Shown: positions 18,315-26,812 of the stretch, one piece after another | How the letters are laid out: every line of letters begins with the position of its first letter | How positions within the stretch are numbered: the first letter of the stretch is position 1 | Assembly: GCA_947302175.1 (NCBI GenBank) | Contig: CAMYVB010000008.1 | Span: 5,132 to 69,131, forward strand | Direction of reading: 5' to 3' | DNA from: an uncultured Bacteroidales bacterium | GTDB taxonomy: Bacteria; Bacteroidota; Bacteroidia; Bacteroidales; UBA932 | Length of the DNA stretch: 64,000 nt | Made by a program: the position numbers and the translations under genes | Notes under the pieces: generated by a model | Databases searched by the model: none | What the model was told of the DNA's origin: nothing | Seen by the model: only the letters and a program-made list of their open reading frames with translations

Positions 18315-18773
18315 ATGAGACGCTTCTTCTTAATACTTACTTCCTTATTTTTGTTGCTTTTCCAGTCATGCGACAGTACCCCTTCCCTGGAAAAAATGGC
18401 CATGAAAAGACTCCCCGCTGCAATTGCCGCTGAGCTTGAAGACAAATTCTCCTATGTGGGCGATGTAGAGATTCTTTCGCCTGAGGTTGTGTATTCTTGC
18501 GACAGTCTGTGCATGATTGCCTTTGATGCAGGGGTGACAGATCCCGAATCAGGTAAGCAGGTGTCCCTGCCGGCTAAATATGTCCTTCTCAGGGACGTAG
18601 TCATGAGTGCGGCCTATGGTCATCCTTATTACGCGGAGCTGATATCGGGACGCCTGGGAACAAAGGAAGAGGAGCTTAAACGCCTTCGCAAAGAGTATTC
18701 TAAAAGCGGGCAGGAAGCGTATATTACGCTCTGCGCTAAGGCAAATCATATTGACGAAAAGCTCCTGAGATAA
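18315..18773 (+). CDS. Hypothetical lipoprotein
   Basis: MRRFFLILTSLFLLLFQSC lipoprotein signal; own TAACTTTG element at 18288-18295. Confidence 0.7.
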   Translation: MRRFFLILTSLFLLLFQSCDSTPSLEKMAMKRLPAAIAAELEDKFSYVGDVEILSPEVVYSCDSLCMIAFDAGVTDPESGKQVSLPAKYVLLRDVVMSAAYGHPYYAELISGRLGTKEEELKRLRKEYSKSGQEAYITLCAKANHIDEKLLR

Positions 18774-18797
18774 CCCATTCGCTTTTATAACAATCTG

Positions 18798-21074
18798 CTA
18801 CTTGTAGGCTTTCTTGACGGGCTTTTTGCTCATCACGAAATGGAGGTGGGCGCCGTTCTTTATCCGGTCGTAGCTGATCTCGGGCTTCTCGAGCCTTTTG
18901 CCATCCAGATACGCGGCCTTAACATAGACTGCCTCGGGGCTCCAACCTTCCGTCGTAACCTCCAGCACTCCGCCACTGACCGGCGAGCCGGGAGCGGCGT
19001 CGCCTGACAGCTGCACCTTAAGTCCGGGAGCGCAGGGCGAGCCGAGCTCATAAACCTCCGAACCAGGGCAGGCGGGATAGAAGCCGAGGCAGTTGAAAAT
19101 GTACCAGGCGCTCATCTGGCCGCAATCGTCGTTGCCGCTGAGCGAGCCGGGCTCGGGACCGTAGAAATTGGACGCGACATAACGCACCCACCTCTGGCAT
19201 TCCCAGGGCTTACCAAGACTATTGTATAAATAGGTAATATGGTGGCAGGGCTCATTGCCGTGCCAGTAGCCGCCTATGCGGCCCCATATGTCGTGCGCGC
19301 CCGGGATGTTTTCGTCCATCTCGATGGTAAACAGGCTGTCCAGACGCTCGGTAAGGAACTTTTTGCCGGCCTTTTCTACGTAGCCCTCGAAATCGTGGGG
19401 GACCGTCCAGGTGTACTGGAGGGTGAAGCCCTCGGTGATGTCGCCCCAGCCGTTCACTGAGCCCGGACCCTGGTAGGCGATCGGGGCGAAGGGAGTGCGC
19501 CACTGCCCGTGCGAATCCTTGCCGCGCATATATTTTGTCTCGGGGTCAAAGAGATTGCGCCAGTTGCGTGAGCGATTGAGGAAGAATTCGTAGTCCTCCA
19601 TGTGCCCGAGCTTTTTCGCGGCCCGGGCTATGCACCAGTCGTCGTAGGCGTACTCGAGGGTCTTGGAGACTGATTCTTTCTCCATGTCGAAGGGGACGTA
19701 GCCGAGGTCGGTGTATTCCTTGATGCAGTCGTAGTGGGGGTTGGTCGCCGTGGTCTTCATGGCCTGGAAGGCCTTTTCATAGTCGAAACCGGGCACGTCC
19801 TTTATTATCATGTCGGCTATGACGCTGCAGGCGTGGTAGCCTATCATGCACCAGGTCTCGCCGCCGTAGAACGACCATATGGGGAGCATGTGCTCGGTGC
19901 TGCGCTCGAAGTGGGCTATCATGGAGTTGGCTATGTCCGCCTGGAGCGGGCGGTTCACGAGGTTCAAGAGCGGATGGAATGCCCTGTAGGTGTCCCAGAG
20001 CGAGAAAACGGTGACGTTCCGCCAGCCTTCAGCCTGCTGTATGGTCTTGTCGTGCGCGCGGTAGAGTCCGTCAGCGTCCTGGAAAAGGAAGGGGTGCAAG
20101 GCGGTGCGGTACACGCTGGTGTAGAAGGTCTCTTTCAGCTCGGGGGCGCAGGGGGCGAGTTCGTATTTGCCAAGCTCTTTTTCCCACGCGGCGTCTGCGC
20201 AGGCGCGCATCTGCTCGAAGCTGCTTCCTTCGCTCTTTTCGAGGTTTTTCAGCGCTCCGTCTATGCCCACCGCCGAGACTGCTACCTTGACGCCGACTTG
20301 CTGCCCTTCTGTGGTCTTGAAGTTTACGAAGGCCATTAGTTTGGGACCCCAGGCTTCAAGGCTGCTGCGGAAGCGCTTTGTGTTGTATATCACTGGCTTA
20401 CCGTCCTGGAAAATGGTGAAGTTTTCGATGGGGGAGTCGAACCTTGCGGCGAAATAAACCATGCGCTCGGGGCTCCATCCTTTTACGATTTTGCTGCCTA
20501 CGATGGTGTACTCGTCCAGCAGCTTTACGCTCGACCAGACGCATTCCCAGTAGAGGGTGTGGTCCAGGTCGATGGCGACCCACGAAAGGGGGGACTCGGG
20601 GTAGGTGAAGCGGAACTGCCCGCTCATTTCGCCTGCCGTCATCTCAGCTTTCACGCCGTAGTCCTGCAGCTCAACTGCGTAATAACCGGGCCTTGCCCAT
20701 TCCTTTTCGTGGCTGAAGCGGCTGCCGTTGCCTTCGCCCGGGTTTGCCGTCGTTCCCACGTTGGTGTGGAAGGCTCCGGTGCCGGGTATGAAGAGGAAAT
20801 CGCCGAGGTCAGGGATGCCTGTGCCGCTAAGGTGTGTCAGGCTGAAGCCCTGGATGGTCTTGTGAGAGTACTTGTAGCCCGCCGCAGTGTCGTAATCCTT
20901 GTTGTCGGTATCCGGGCTTATCTGTATGCCTCCGAACGGCACCTGCGCCCCCGGATACACATTCCCGAACCCATCCGTCCCCACAAAGGGATTGACATAG
21001 TCGGTAAGATGCTGCTGCGCGTACGCTCCGGCGCACAACATCAGTATTGACGCTAGTAGAAAAGCTTTTTTCAT
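18798..21074 (-). CDS. GH92 alpha-mannosidase-family protein
   Basis: YVNPFVGT, GFSLTHLSGTG, FSLWDTYRA, SKTLEYAYDD, HGNEP and GNDDCGQMSAW motifs. Confidence 0.93.
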   Translation of the reverse strand: MKKAFLLASILMLCAGAYAQQHLTDYVNPFVGTDGFGNVYPGAQVPFGGIQISPDTDNKDYDTAAGYKYSHKTIQGFSLTHLSGTGIPDLGDFLFIPGTGAFHTNVGTTANPGEGNGSRFSHEKEWARPGYYAVELQDYGVKAEMTAGEMSGQFRFTYPESPLSWVAIDLDHTLYWECVWSSVKLLDEYTIVGSKIVKGWSPERMVYFAARFDSPIENFTIFQDGKPVIYNTKRFRSSLEAWGPKLMAFVNFKTTEGQQVGVKVAVSAVGIDGALKNLEKSEGSSFEQMRACADAAWEKELGKYELAPCAPELKETFYTSVYRTALHPFLFQDADGLYRAHDKTIQQAEGWRNVTVFSLWDTYRAFHPLLNLVNRPLQADIANSMIAHFERSTEHMLPIWSFYGGETWCMIGYHACSVIADMIIKDVPGFDYEKAFQAMKTTATNPHYDCIKEYTDLGYVPFDMEKESVSKTLEYAYDDWCIARAAKKLGHMEDYEFFLNRSRNWRNLFDPETKYMRGKDSHGQWRTPFAPIAYQGPGSVNGWGDITEGFTLQYTWTVPHDFEGYVEKAGKKFLTERLDSLFTIEMDENIPGAHDIWGRIGGYWHGNEPCHHITYLYNSLGKPWECQRWVRYVASNFYGPEPGSLSGNDDCGQMSAWYIFNCLGFYPACPGSEVYELGSPCAPGLKVQLSGDAAPGSPVSGGVLEVTTEGWSPEAVYVKAAYLDGKRLEKPEISYDRIKNGAHLHFVMSKKPVKKAYK

Positions 21075-21092
21075 ACTACATATATTTTATTC

Positions 21093-21207
21093 GCCGCTTG
21101 CTGGCAGTGTGTTTTCGCAGCCGTAAGCACCCTCGCTTGTAGAGGGAGGGGCCCAAGCTTGCTTGGGAGGGCGAAGAGCGGAGAAAACACACTGCCAGCA
21201 AGGCGGC
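21093..21207. repeat. ~115-bp intergenic element with 20-bp perfect inverted repeats and two internal hairpins
   Basis: CTTGCTGGCAGTGTGTTTTC (21097-21116) is the reverse complement of 21183-21202; inner stems CCCTC/GAGGG and CCCAAGC/GCTTGGG. Confidence 0.8.
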
Positions 21208-21213
21208 CATGTA

Positions 21214-23547
21214 TTATTTGCCGTTAGTGAGGGAATAGGGTTTGTCGGAGGGGGAGAGGCCGCGGCGCTTGTTGGGCTTGGACGCCATCTCGAACTCCAG
21301 CACGCCGCCATTCAAAATCTCCTCATGAGTAATATACAGGCGCGAAAGCGGCGCGCCATTGAGCTTCACAGCCTTGACATAGCGGTTGGCGTCCGATACC
21401 TTCGGCGCCTTAACCTCGAAAGTCCGGCCATTAGGAAGCGAAAGCTTCAGGTAGGGGAGGTAAGGAGCGCCAAGGACATACTGGTCCGTGCCCGGGCAGA
21501 CGGGATAGAAGCCCAGAGCCGTGAAAATGTACCAGGCGCTCATCTGTCCGCAATCATCATTGCCACCAAGGCCACGGATGTCGTTGCGATACTTGCTGTT
21601 CATAACCTCGCGCAGCCAGTACTGGGTCTTCCAGGGCTGCGAAGTCCAGGCAAAGAGGTAGGGGATATGGTGCGAAGGCTCGTTGCCGTGGACATAGCCG
21701 CCAATCAGGCACTCGGCCGTAACATCCTCATTATCGGCATAATACTTTTCATCAAGCTCCTCGCCGAAAAGGACGTCCAGCTTGCGAAGGAACTCCTTCT
21801 CGCCACCCATAGCGGCGATATCGCCATAGACGTCGTGCGGCACGTGGAAAGAGAAATTCCACGAATTGCCCTCTATGAAGCCCTCGCCCCAGGTCTGCAG
21901 GACGTCGAAGGGCTCCCTCCAGCTGCCGTCGCTGTTGCGCGGACGGGCAAAGCCGAGAGCGGGGTCGAAAATATTGCGGTAGTTCAGCGCCCTGGCGCGG
22001 TATTTTTCAGCTATGTCCTCGCGGCCGGCAAGAAGCGCGGCATGGTAGATGGTCCAGTCGTCGTAGCAGTACTCGAGGGTGTTGCTCGCGGATGTGGCGG
22101 TCAGTTCGTTGGGCACGTAGCCTATGTCGATATAATCGCCGAGACCGCCGTAGTAGCGGACGTTGGAAGTCGCGACCATGGCATCGAGCGCCTCTTTTGC
22201 GTTGATATCCAGGCCTTTAGTCATTGCGTCGGAAAGGACCGATACGGCGTGGTAGCCGCTCATGCACCAGTTGTCGTTGCCCATGTGGCTCCAGATGGGG
22301 AGCATGTGGTGCGCGCTCTGCTGCTGGTGGCGTATCATTGAAACCGCCATGTCGCGCGCCTCGGCGGGCTTCATGAGCGCCATGAGGGGATGTTCGGCGC
22401 GATAGGTGTCCCAGAGCGAGAAGACGGTGTAGTTGGTAAAGCCGTCTGCGACGTGGATTTCGCGGTCCAGGCCGCGGTAGCGTCCGTCCAAGTCCATATA
22501 GACCGAGGGGTTTATCATGGTGTGGTACCATGAGGTGTAGAACATCGCCTTTTCGTCCTCGCTGCCCTCCACGTCAATACTCTCCATCTCGCGGTTCCAC
22601 GCGGCGAGGGTTTCCTCGCGCACGGTATCAAAGCTCTTGCCCTCAGTCTCGGCGCAAAGGTTCTTCATCGCGCCCGTTATGCTCACGGCGGAAAGCGCCA
22701 CCTTCATTTCGAGCACGGGGGCGGCCGCATCGTCGAATTTGAACCATGCCACCAGTTTGCGGCCGGCCATTTCGGGGAAGTTGTGATACTGGTCGAACTT
22801 GCTCCAGCCGCCGCGGTAGTTGACTTTCTGATGGTCGGTGAATCCGTACTCGGATATGGGCTGAGAGAGCTCTACGGCGAAATAAGTGTAGTTGCTGCGG
22901 GCCCAGCCGCTCGTGATGCGGTAGCCGGCGAGGTGGCGCTCGTCGATTACGCGCAGCTCGGCCCAAAGGGTCTTGCCGTCGTAGTTGTAGATGCCGTGCT
23001 GGAGGTCTATTATTATATGTTTGTTCTCAGCTCCGGCGGGGTAGGTGTAGCGATGGATGCCCACCCTCTGCGAGGCTGTCATCTCGGCGCGTATGCCGCT
23101 GTCGCTCAGGGTGACGGCATAATAGCCGGGGGAGCTTAGCTCACCCTCGTGGCTGAAGCGGCTGCGGTAGCCCCCGTCGGGGTCGGCGGCCGTGCCGGGG
23201 TTGAGCTTCACCTTCCCCACTCCAGGCATTACGAGTATGTCGCCGAGGTCGGAGTGCCCCGTGCCGCTGAAGTGCGTGTGGCTGAAACCTACGATAGTGG
23301 GGTCGCCGTAACGGTAGCCTGCGCAGGTCTCGTAGACTTCTTTCTGGTACTTGCCCGCCACGTTGTGGGGGATGGTGTCGGTATCGGGGCTGAGCTGCAC
23401 TATGCCGAAAGGCGCGCAGGCGCCGGGGAAGGTGTGGCCCATGCCGTCAGTGCCTATCATGGGGTTGACGTAGTCGGCGGGGGACTTGGCAGCTGCGCCG
23501 AATGCGCAAAGGGCGGCTGCGAAGCATACAATGGAGCGTAAAGTCAT
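21214..23547 (-). CDS. GH92 alpha-mannosidase-family protein
   Basis: YVNPMIGT, GFSHTHFSGTG, FSLWDTYRA, FIEGNSW, HGNEPSHH and GNDDCGQMSAW motifs. Confidence 0.93.
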   Translation of the reverse strand: MTLRSIVCFAAALCAFGAAAKSPADYVNPMIGTDGMGHTFPGACAPFGIVQLSPDTDTIPHNVAGKYQKEVYETCAGYRYGDPTIVGFSHTHFSGTGHSDLGDILVMPGVGKVKLNPGTAADPDGGYRSRFSHEGELSSPGYYAVTLSDSGIRAEMTASQRVGIHRYTYPAGAENKHIIIDLQHGIYNYDGKTLWAELRVIDERHLAGYRITSGWARSNYTYFAVELSQPISEYGFTDHQKVNYRGGWSKFDQYHNFPEMAGRKLVAWFKFDDAAAPVLEMKVALSAVSITGAMKNLCAETEGKSFDTVREETLAAWNREMESIDVEGSEDEKAMFYTSWYHTMINPSVYMDLDGRYRGLDREIHVADGFTNYTVFSLWDTYRAEHPLMALMKPAEARDMAVSMIRHQQQSAHHMLPIWSHMGNDNWCMSGYHAVSVLSDAMTKGLDINAKEALDAMVATSNVRYYGGLGDYIDIGYVPNELTATSASNTLEYCYDDWTIYHAALLAGREDIAEKYRARALNYRNIFDPALGFARPRNSDGSWREPFDVLQTWGEGFIEGNSWNFSFHVPHDVYGDIAAMGGEKEFLRKLDVLFGEELDEKYYADNEDVTAECLIGGYVHGNEPSHHIPYLFAWTSQPWKTQYWLREVMNSKYRNDIRGLGGNDDCGQMSAWYIFTALGFYPVCPGTDQYVLGAPYLPYLKLSLPNGRTFEVKAPKVSDANRYVKAVKLNGAPLSRLYITHEEILNGGVLEFEMASKPNKRRGLSPSDKPYSLTNGK

Positions 23548-23597
23548 GTTGAAATATATTTTTTCAAATATAGCAAATAGCTTTGTCTTTACGAAAA

Positions 23598-23629
23598 TTT
23601 GTTTTTCAATTGAAAAATGCTTAAGTTAG
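23598..23629 (+). promoter_or_regulatory. Sigma-A-like promoter of the peptide/GLUG cassette with a 16-bp palindrome in the spacer
   Basis: TTTG (23598-23601), 20-nt spacer containing TTTTTCAATTGAAAAA, TAAGTTAG (23622-23629). Confidence 0.55.
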
Positions 23630-23670
23630 CACCAAATTATTTCGCTATAACCTAAAAACCAAATATTCTT

Positions 23671-23796
23671 ATGAGGAAAACAATCTATGAAGCACCACTC
23701 GCAGAAGTGGTAGAGACGCTGCCCGAGCAGGTTATCGCGTCCAGCACCGGAAGTACTGATGATTACAACCAGCCCGGCGGCGTGTGGAATTGGTAG
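23671..23796 (+). CDS. 41-aa peptide MRKTIYEAPLAEVVETLPEQVIASSTGSTDDYNQPGGVWNW (YxxPxxE motif)
   Basis: ATG to TAG read by hand; A-rich leader; ends 15 nt before the next ORF; similar to the peptide at 809-943. Confidence 0.78.
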   Translation: MRKTIYEAPLAEVVETLPEQVIASSTGSTDDYNQPGGVWNW

Positions 23797-23811
23797 AGTT
23801 TAACTGCAAAA

Positions 23812-26670
23812 ATGATGAATGTTATGAAAAAGATTACCTATCTCGTTATTGCAGCTGTCACTCTTATCAGCGTCGCATCCTGCGTAAAGGACCAGTTCGA
23901 GACCTTCACTACAGAAGGCCCCATGGTTGAAAACGAATTCACCGTCTCCCTCCCTCCCGCAACGAGGACCAGCATTACCGAAGAAGGCAAGACCGTCTGG
24001 GCCGCAGGCGATACCCTCTGGGTCTACAACGGCGTCTATACTGAAAAAGTAGGCGTTCCCGAGGAAGCCTGGGGCAAAAAGGAGTTCAAGTTCGTCGTCA
24101 AGACCGCCACGTTCTCCGATACCACCAAAACCCTCTATGTCGTCTATCCCTACAGCGCTGCAGCAGGCGTGGCTGAAGGCAAGGTAAAGGTCAAGGTCCC
24201 CGCCGTCCAGAACGGTGACTTCGGCGAAGCCAATATCGCAGCAGCCGTTGCCGAGGACTACACTATCGCCCTGAAGAACGTCACGTCTCTCTTAAAGGTC
24301 ACCATCCCCGAGGAGACCGATGCTCCCATATATTCCCTGTCCGTGAGTGCCGCCAATGGTAATCCCCTCACCGGCACTTGCGCAGTGGATTTCTCCGGCG
24401 AGACACCCGTCGTCACGCCCGTGAGCTCCGGTTCCAACGTGTCCGTCCAAGTAGATGCCTTTACCGGTGCCATCTATCTCACCGTCATCCCCGGCACCTA
24501 TGACGCCGGCTTCAAGATGACTGCCGCCACCATAGACTTCGAGCACGCCTCCCAGACCAAGGTGACCACCGTCGCCAACACCGTAAAGGTCAATGACCTG
24601 GTCGACCTCGGCGTCATCGGTGACGACCTCAAGCCCCTCAACGGCGAAGGCACTGAGGCCAATCCCTGGCAGATTGAGACTCTCGGTCACATGATCGCTC
24701 TTGCCACCACCGTCAGCAACGGCGAGACCTTCAGCGGCAAGTTCTTCAAACTCGTTGCTGATATCGAAGGAGTCAATACCCCCATCGGCTTCTACCCTAA
24801 CGACAAGAACAACCATCCCTTCTGTGGCGACTTCGACGGTGCAAACCACACAGTCAAGATCGATATTAATGGTGCAGATCAGCCCTATGCACTAAGACTT
24901 GGTCTTTTCGGCGCCCTGAGTGGCGGTGCCCATATCCACGACCTCGTCATTGACGGTTCCGTTATTTCCACCGGTGATGCCCTCGGAGCTCTGGCCGGCC
25001 GCGTTGATGCTGCAAGCGACGCTCCCGTCCTTATTGAGAATGTCACCAATAAGGCCACCGTTAAGGGTCCCAACTATATCGGCGGCCTTGTCGGCTACGT
25101 CAAATCCACCGTGGCGGACAAATTCAATGTCAAGAATTGCGTCAATGAGGGCACCGTTACTGCCACCGGCCTTTATGGTGGCGGTATCATCGGCTCTACT
25201 TTCGACTCACAGCAGAAAAATAAGAACGTAGAGAACTGTGTCAACAAAGGTACCGTTTCCGCCAATGCGAACGCAGGTGGTATCCTCGGCAATGGTTACT
25301 ACACCACAGTCAAGAATTGCTCCAACGTGGGCAAAGTCTCTGCTGCCAGCCCTTATAATGGCATTTGGTCATACGTTAACAAAAAATGGCAGTTCACCGG
25401 TTATTATGATCGCGCTACAGGAGGTATTGCCGGTTTCCTGCAGAATTGCGCCGTCAATGGTTGCACCAATTCCGGAGAGGTGAAAGGTGTCCTCCATGTC
25501 GGTGGCGTGGTCGGTTCTGCCTATTGGACCAATATCCGCAATTGCTCCAATTCCGCTTCTGTCAAGTCCCACACTAATGCCAAATATAATATCCAGAACC
25601 TTACCGACATCTCCATGGTCGGTGGCGTGGTTGGATATATTTTCCATCATAGCAGCGTTTATGATAGTGACAACACCGGTGATATCTCCGGTTTCGGCAT
25701 GGTTGGCGGCGTAGTCGGTCATGTTCAGGGTTGCGCTCAGACCTATGGCTCTGCAAGTGACCGTCAGTTTGTCAAGAACTGCAAGAACTCCGGTAAGATT
25801 TCTGGTACGGCAAAGGGTGTTGGCGGCGTTTGCGGTACTGTAACCGCCCAGCAGTTCTGGCCCACTGTCTATGTAGAGGATTGCGTTAATGACGGCGAAG
25901 TGGTCAGCACTTCTGAGGCCGTCGGTGGCGTCGTTGGTATGATGTACAACTTTAACACCAGTAACGACCTCCATGTCTTTGGTTGCGTTAACAACGGTGA
26001 CGTGAAAGGAATCATGTGGGTTGGCGGTATTATCGGAATGGGATTCTCCCGTGCCAATGTCACTGCCGCTCAGTGGACCGCTGGTTTCCGCAATCTCGAG
26101 AACAACGGCAAGGTGACGGCCACAAGGGCCGGCGCAAGCAACGCTCTCGTAACCGGTGGTATCATCGGAACACTTACCACCAATAACTACTCCACCGGTA
26201 CCATCAACATGGAAAATGTTGTCAATAATGGTGAAGTGGTTTACACCGATGCCGGACACGTCAATACTTACGTCGGTGGTATCGCAGGCCGCATACATGC
26301 AGGAAAGATCGTCAATTCGGCAAGCAATGCCAAGGTCGGTCCTGCCACCGGTGCAAAGGCTGAAGGCGCAGATGCCCGCATGGGCGCAATCGTCGGTTCT
26401 TACGAAGGTGGCACTGTTTCAAACGGTTACTATCACAATGCCGTCTGCAGTCAGGCTCTTGGTACTGCCGGCAAGCAGGTCGAATCAACCGCCAATGTCA
26501 TCGTCTACGACCCCGATTTCTACGGATTCCTCGAGTACAGCGCCAAAATCAAGGATGAGGAGTACAACATCGTTGACGAAGCCCTCAACGCGTGGATAGG
26601 CACCAGCACCGCCTACAAGACCTGGGTCCTCAACGCTCAGTGTCACCCTGTCTTCGACACCGCTGAGTAA
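23812..26670 (+). CDS. Fimbrillin/Mfa-like lipoprotein with GLUG-like/beta-helix repeat passenger (putative surface adhesin); start may be 23824
   Basis: VASC lipobox; ATRTS...W.AGD pilin-like start; G.GTEANPWQI and FCGDFDG motifs followed by many CxNxG(x)V...GGIVG repeats. Confidence 0.8.
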   Translation: MMNVMKKITYLVIAAVTLISVASCVKDQFETFTTEGPMVENEFTVSLPPATRTSITEEGKTVWAAGDTLWVYNGVYTEKVGVPEEAWGKKEFKFVVKTATFSDTTKTLYVVYPYSAAAGVAEGKVKVKVPAVQNGDFGEANIAAAVAEDYTIALKNVTSLLKVTIPEETDAPIYSLSVSAANGNPLTGTCAVDFSGETPVVTPVSSGSNVSVQVDAFTGAIYLTVIPGTYDAGFKMTAATIDFEHASQTKVTTVANTVKVNDLVDLGVIGDDLKPLNGEGTEANPWQIETLGHMIALATTVSNGETFSGKFFKLVADIEGVNTPIGFYPNDKNNHPFCGDFDGANHTVKIDINGADQPYALRLGLFGALSGGAHIHDLVIDGSVISTGDALGALAGRVDAASDAPVLIENVTNKATVKGPNYIGGLVGYVKSTVADKFNVKNCVNEGTVTATGLYGGGIIGSTFDSQQKNKNVENCVNKGTVSANANAGGILGNGYYTTVKNCSNVGKVSAASPYNGIWSYVNKKWQFTGYYDRATGGIAGFLQNCAVNGCTNSGEVKGVLHVGGVVGSAYWTNIRNCSNSASVKSHTNAKYNIQNLTDISMVGGVVGYIFHHSSVYDSDNTGDISGFGMVGGVVGHVQGCAQTYGSASDRQFVKNCKNSGKISGTAKGVGGVCGTVTAQQFWPTVYVEDCVNDGEVVSTSEAVGGVVGMMYNFNTSNDLHVFGCVNNGDVKGIMWVGGIIGMGFSRANVTAAQWTAGFRNLENNGKVTATRAGASNALVTGGIIGTLTTNNYSTGTINMENVVNNGEVVYTDAGHVNTYVGGIAGRIHAGKIVNSASNAKVGPATGAKAEGADARMGAIVGSYEGGTVSNGYYHNAVCSQALGTAGKQVESTANVIVYDPDFYGFLEYSAKIKDEEYNIVDEALNAWIGTSTAYKTWVLNAQCHPVFDTAE

Positions 26671-26707
26671 TCCCTGCACTCTCCCGGCGCTGCCGGTAAT
26701 GATAACA

Positions 26708-26742
26708 GAAGCCGACCCCCTTGCGGGCCGGCTTCGTTTTTT
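26708..26742 (+). terminator. Probable Rho-independent terminator
   Basis: GAAGCCG...CGGCTTC stem followed by a T run. Confidence 0.7.
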
Positions 26743-26812
26743 ATTGCTCCTATCCAAAAAAAGTATTAAATTTACCCCAAATTAGACCAAAAACTATTAC
26801 AACAATATACTT

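Noticed and set aside
24950-26420. Periodic GGxxG / CxNxG repeats as a possible DNA repeat array or diversity-generating target
   Set aside because: Repeats are at protein level and divergent in DNA; no reverse transcriptase or template repeat seen
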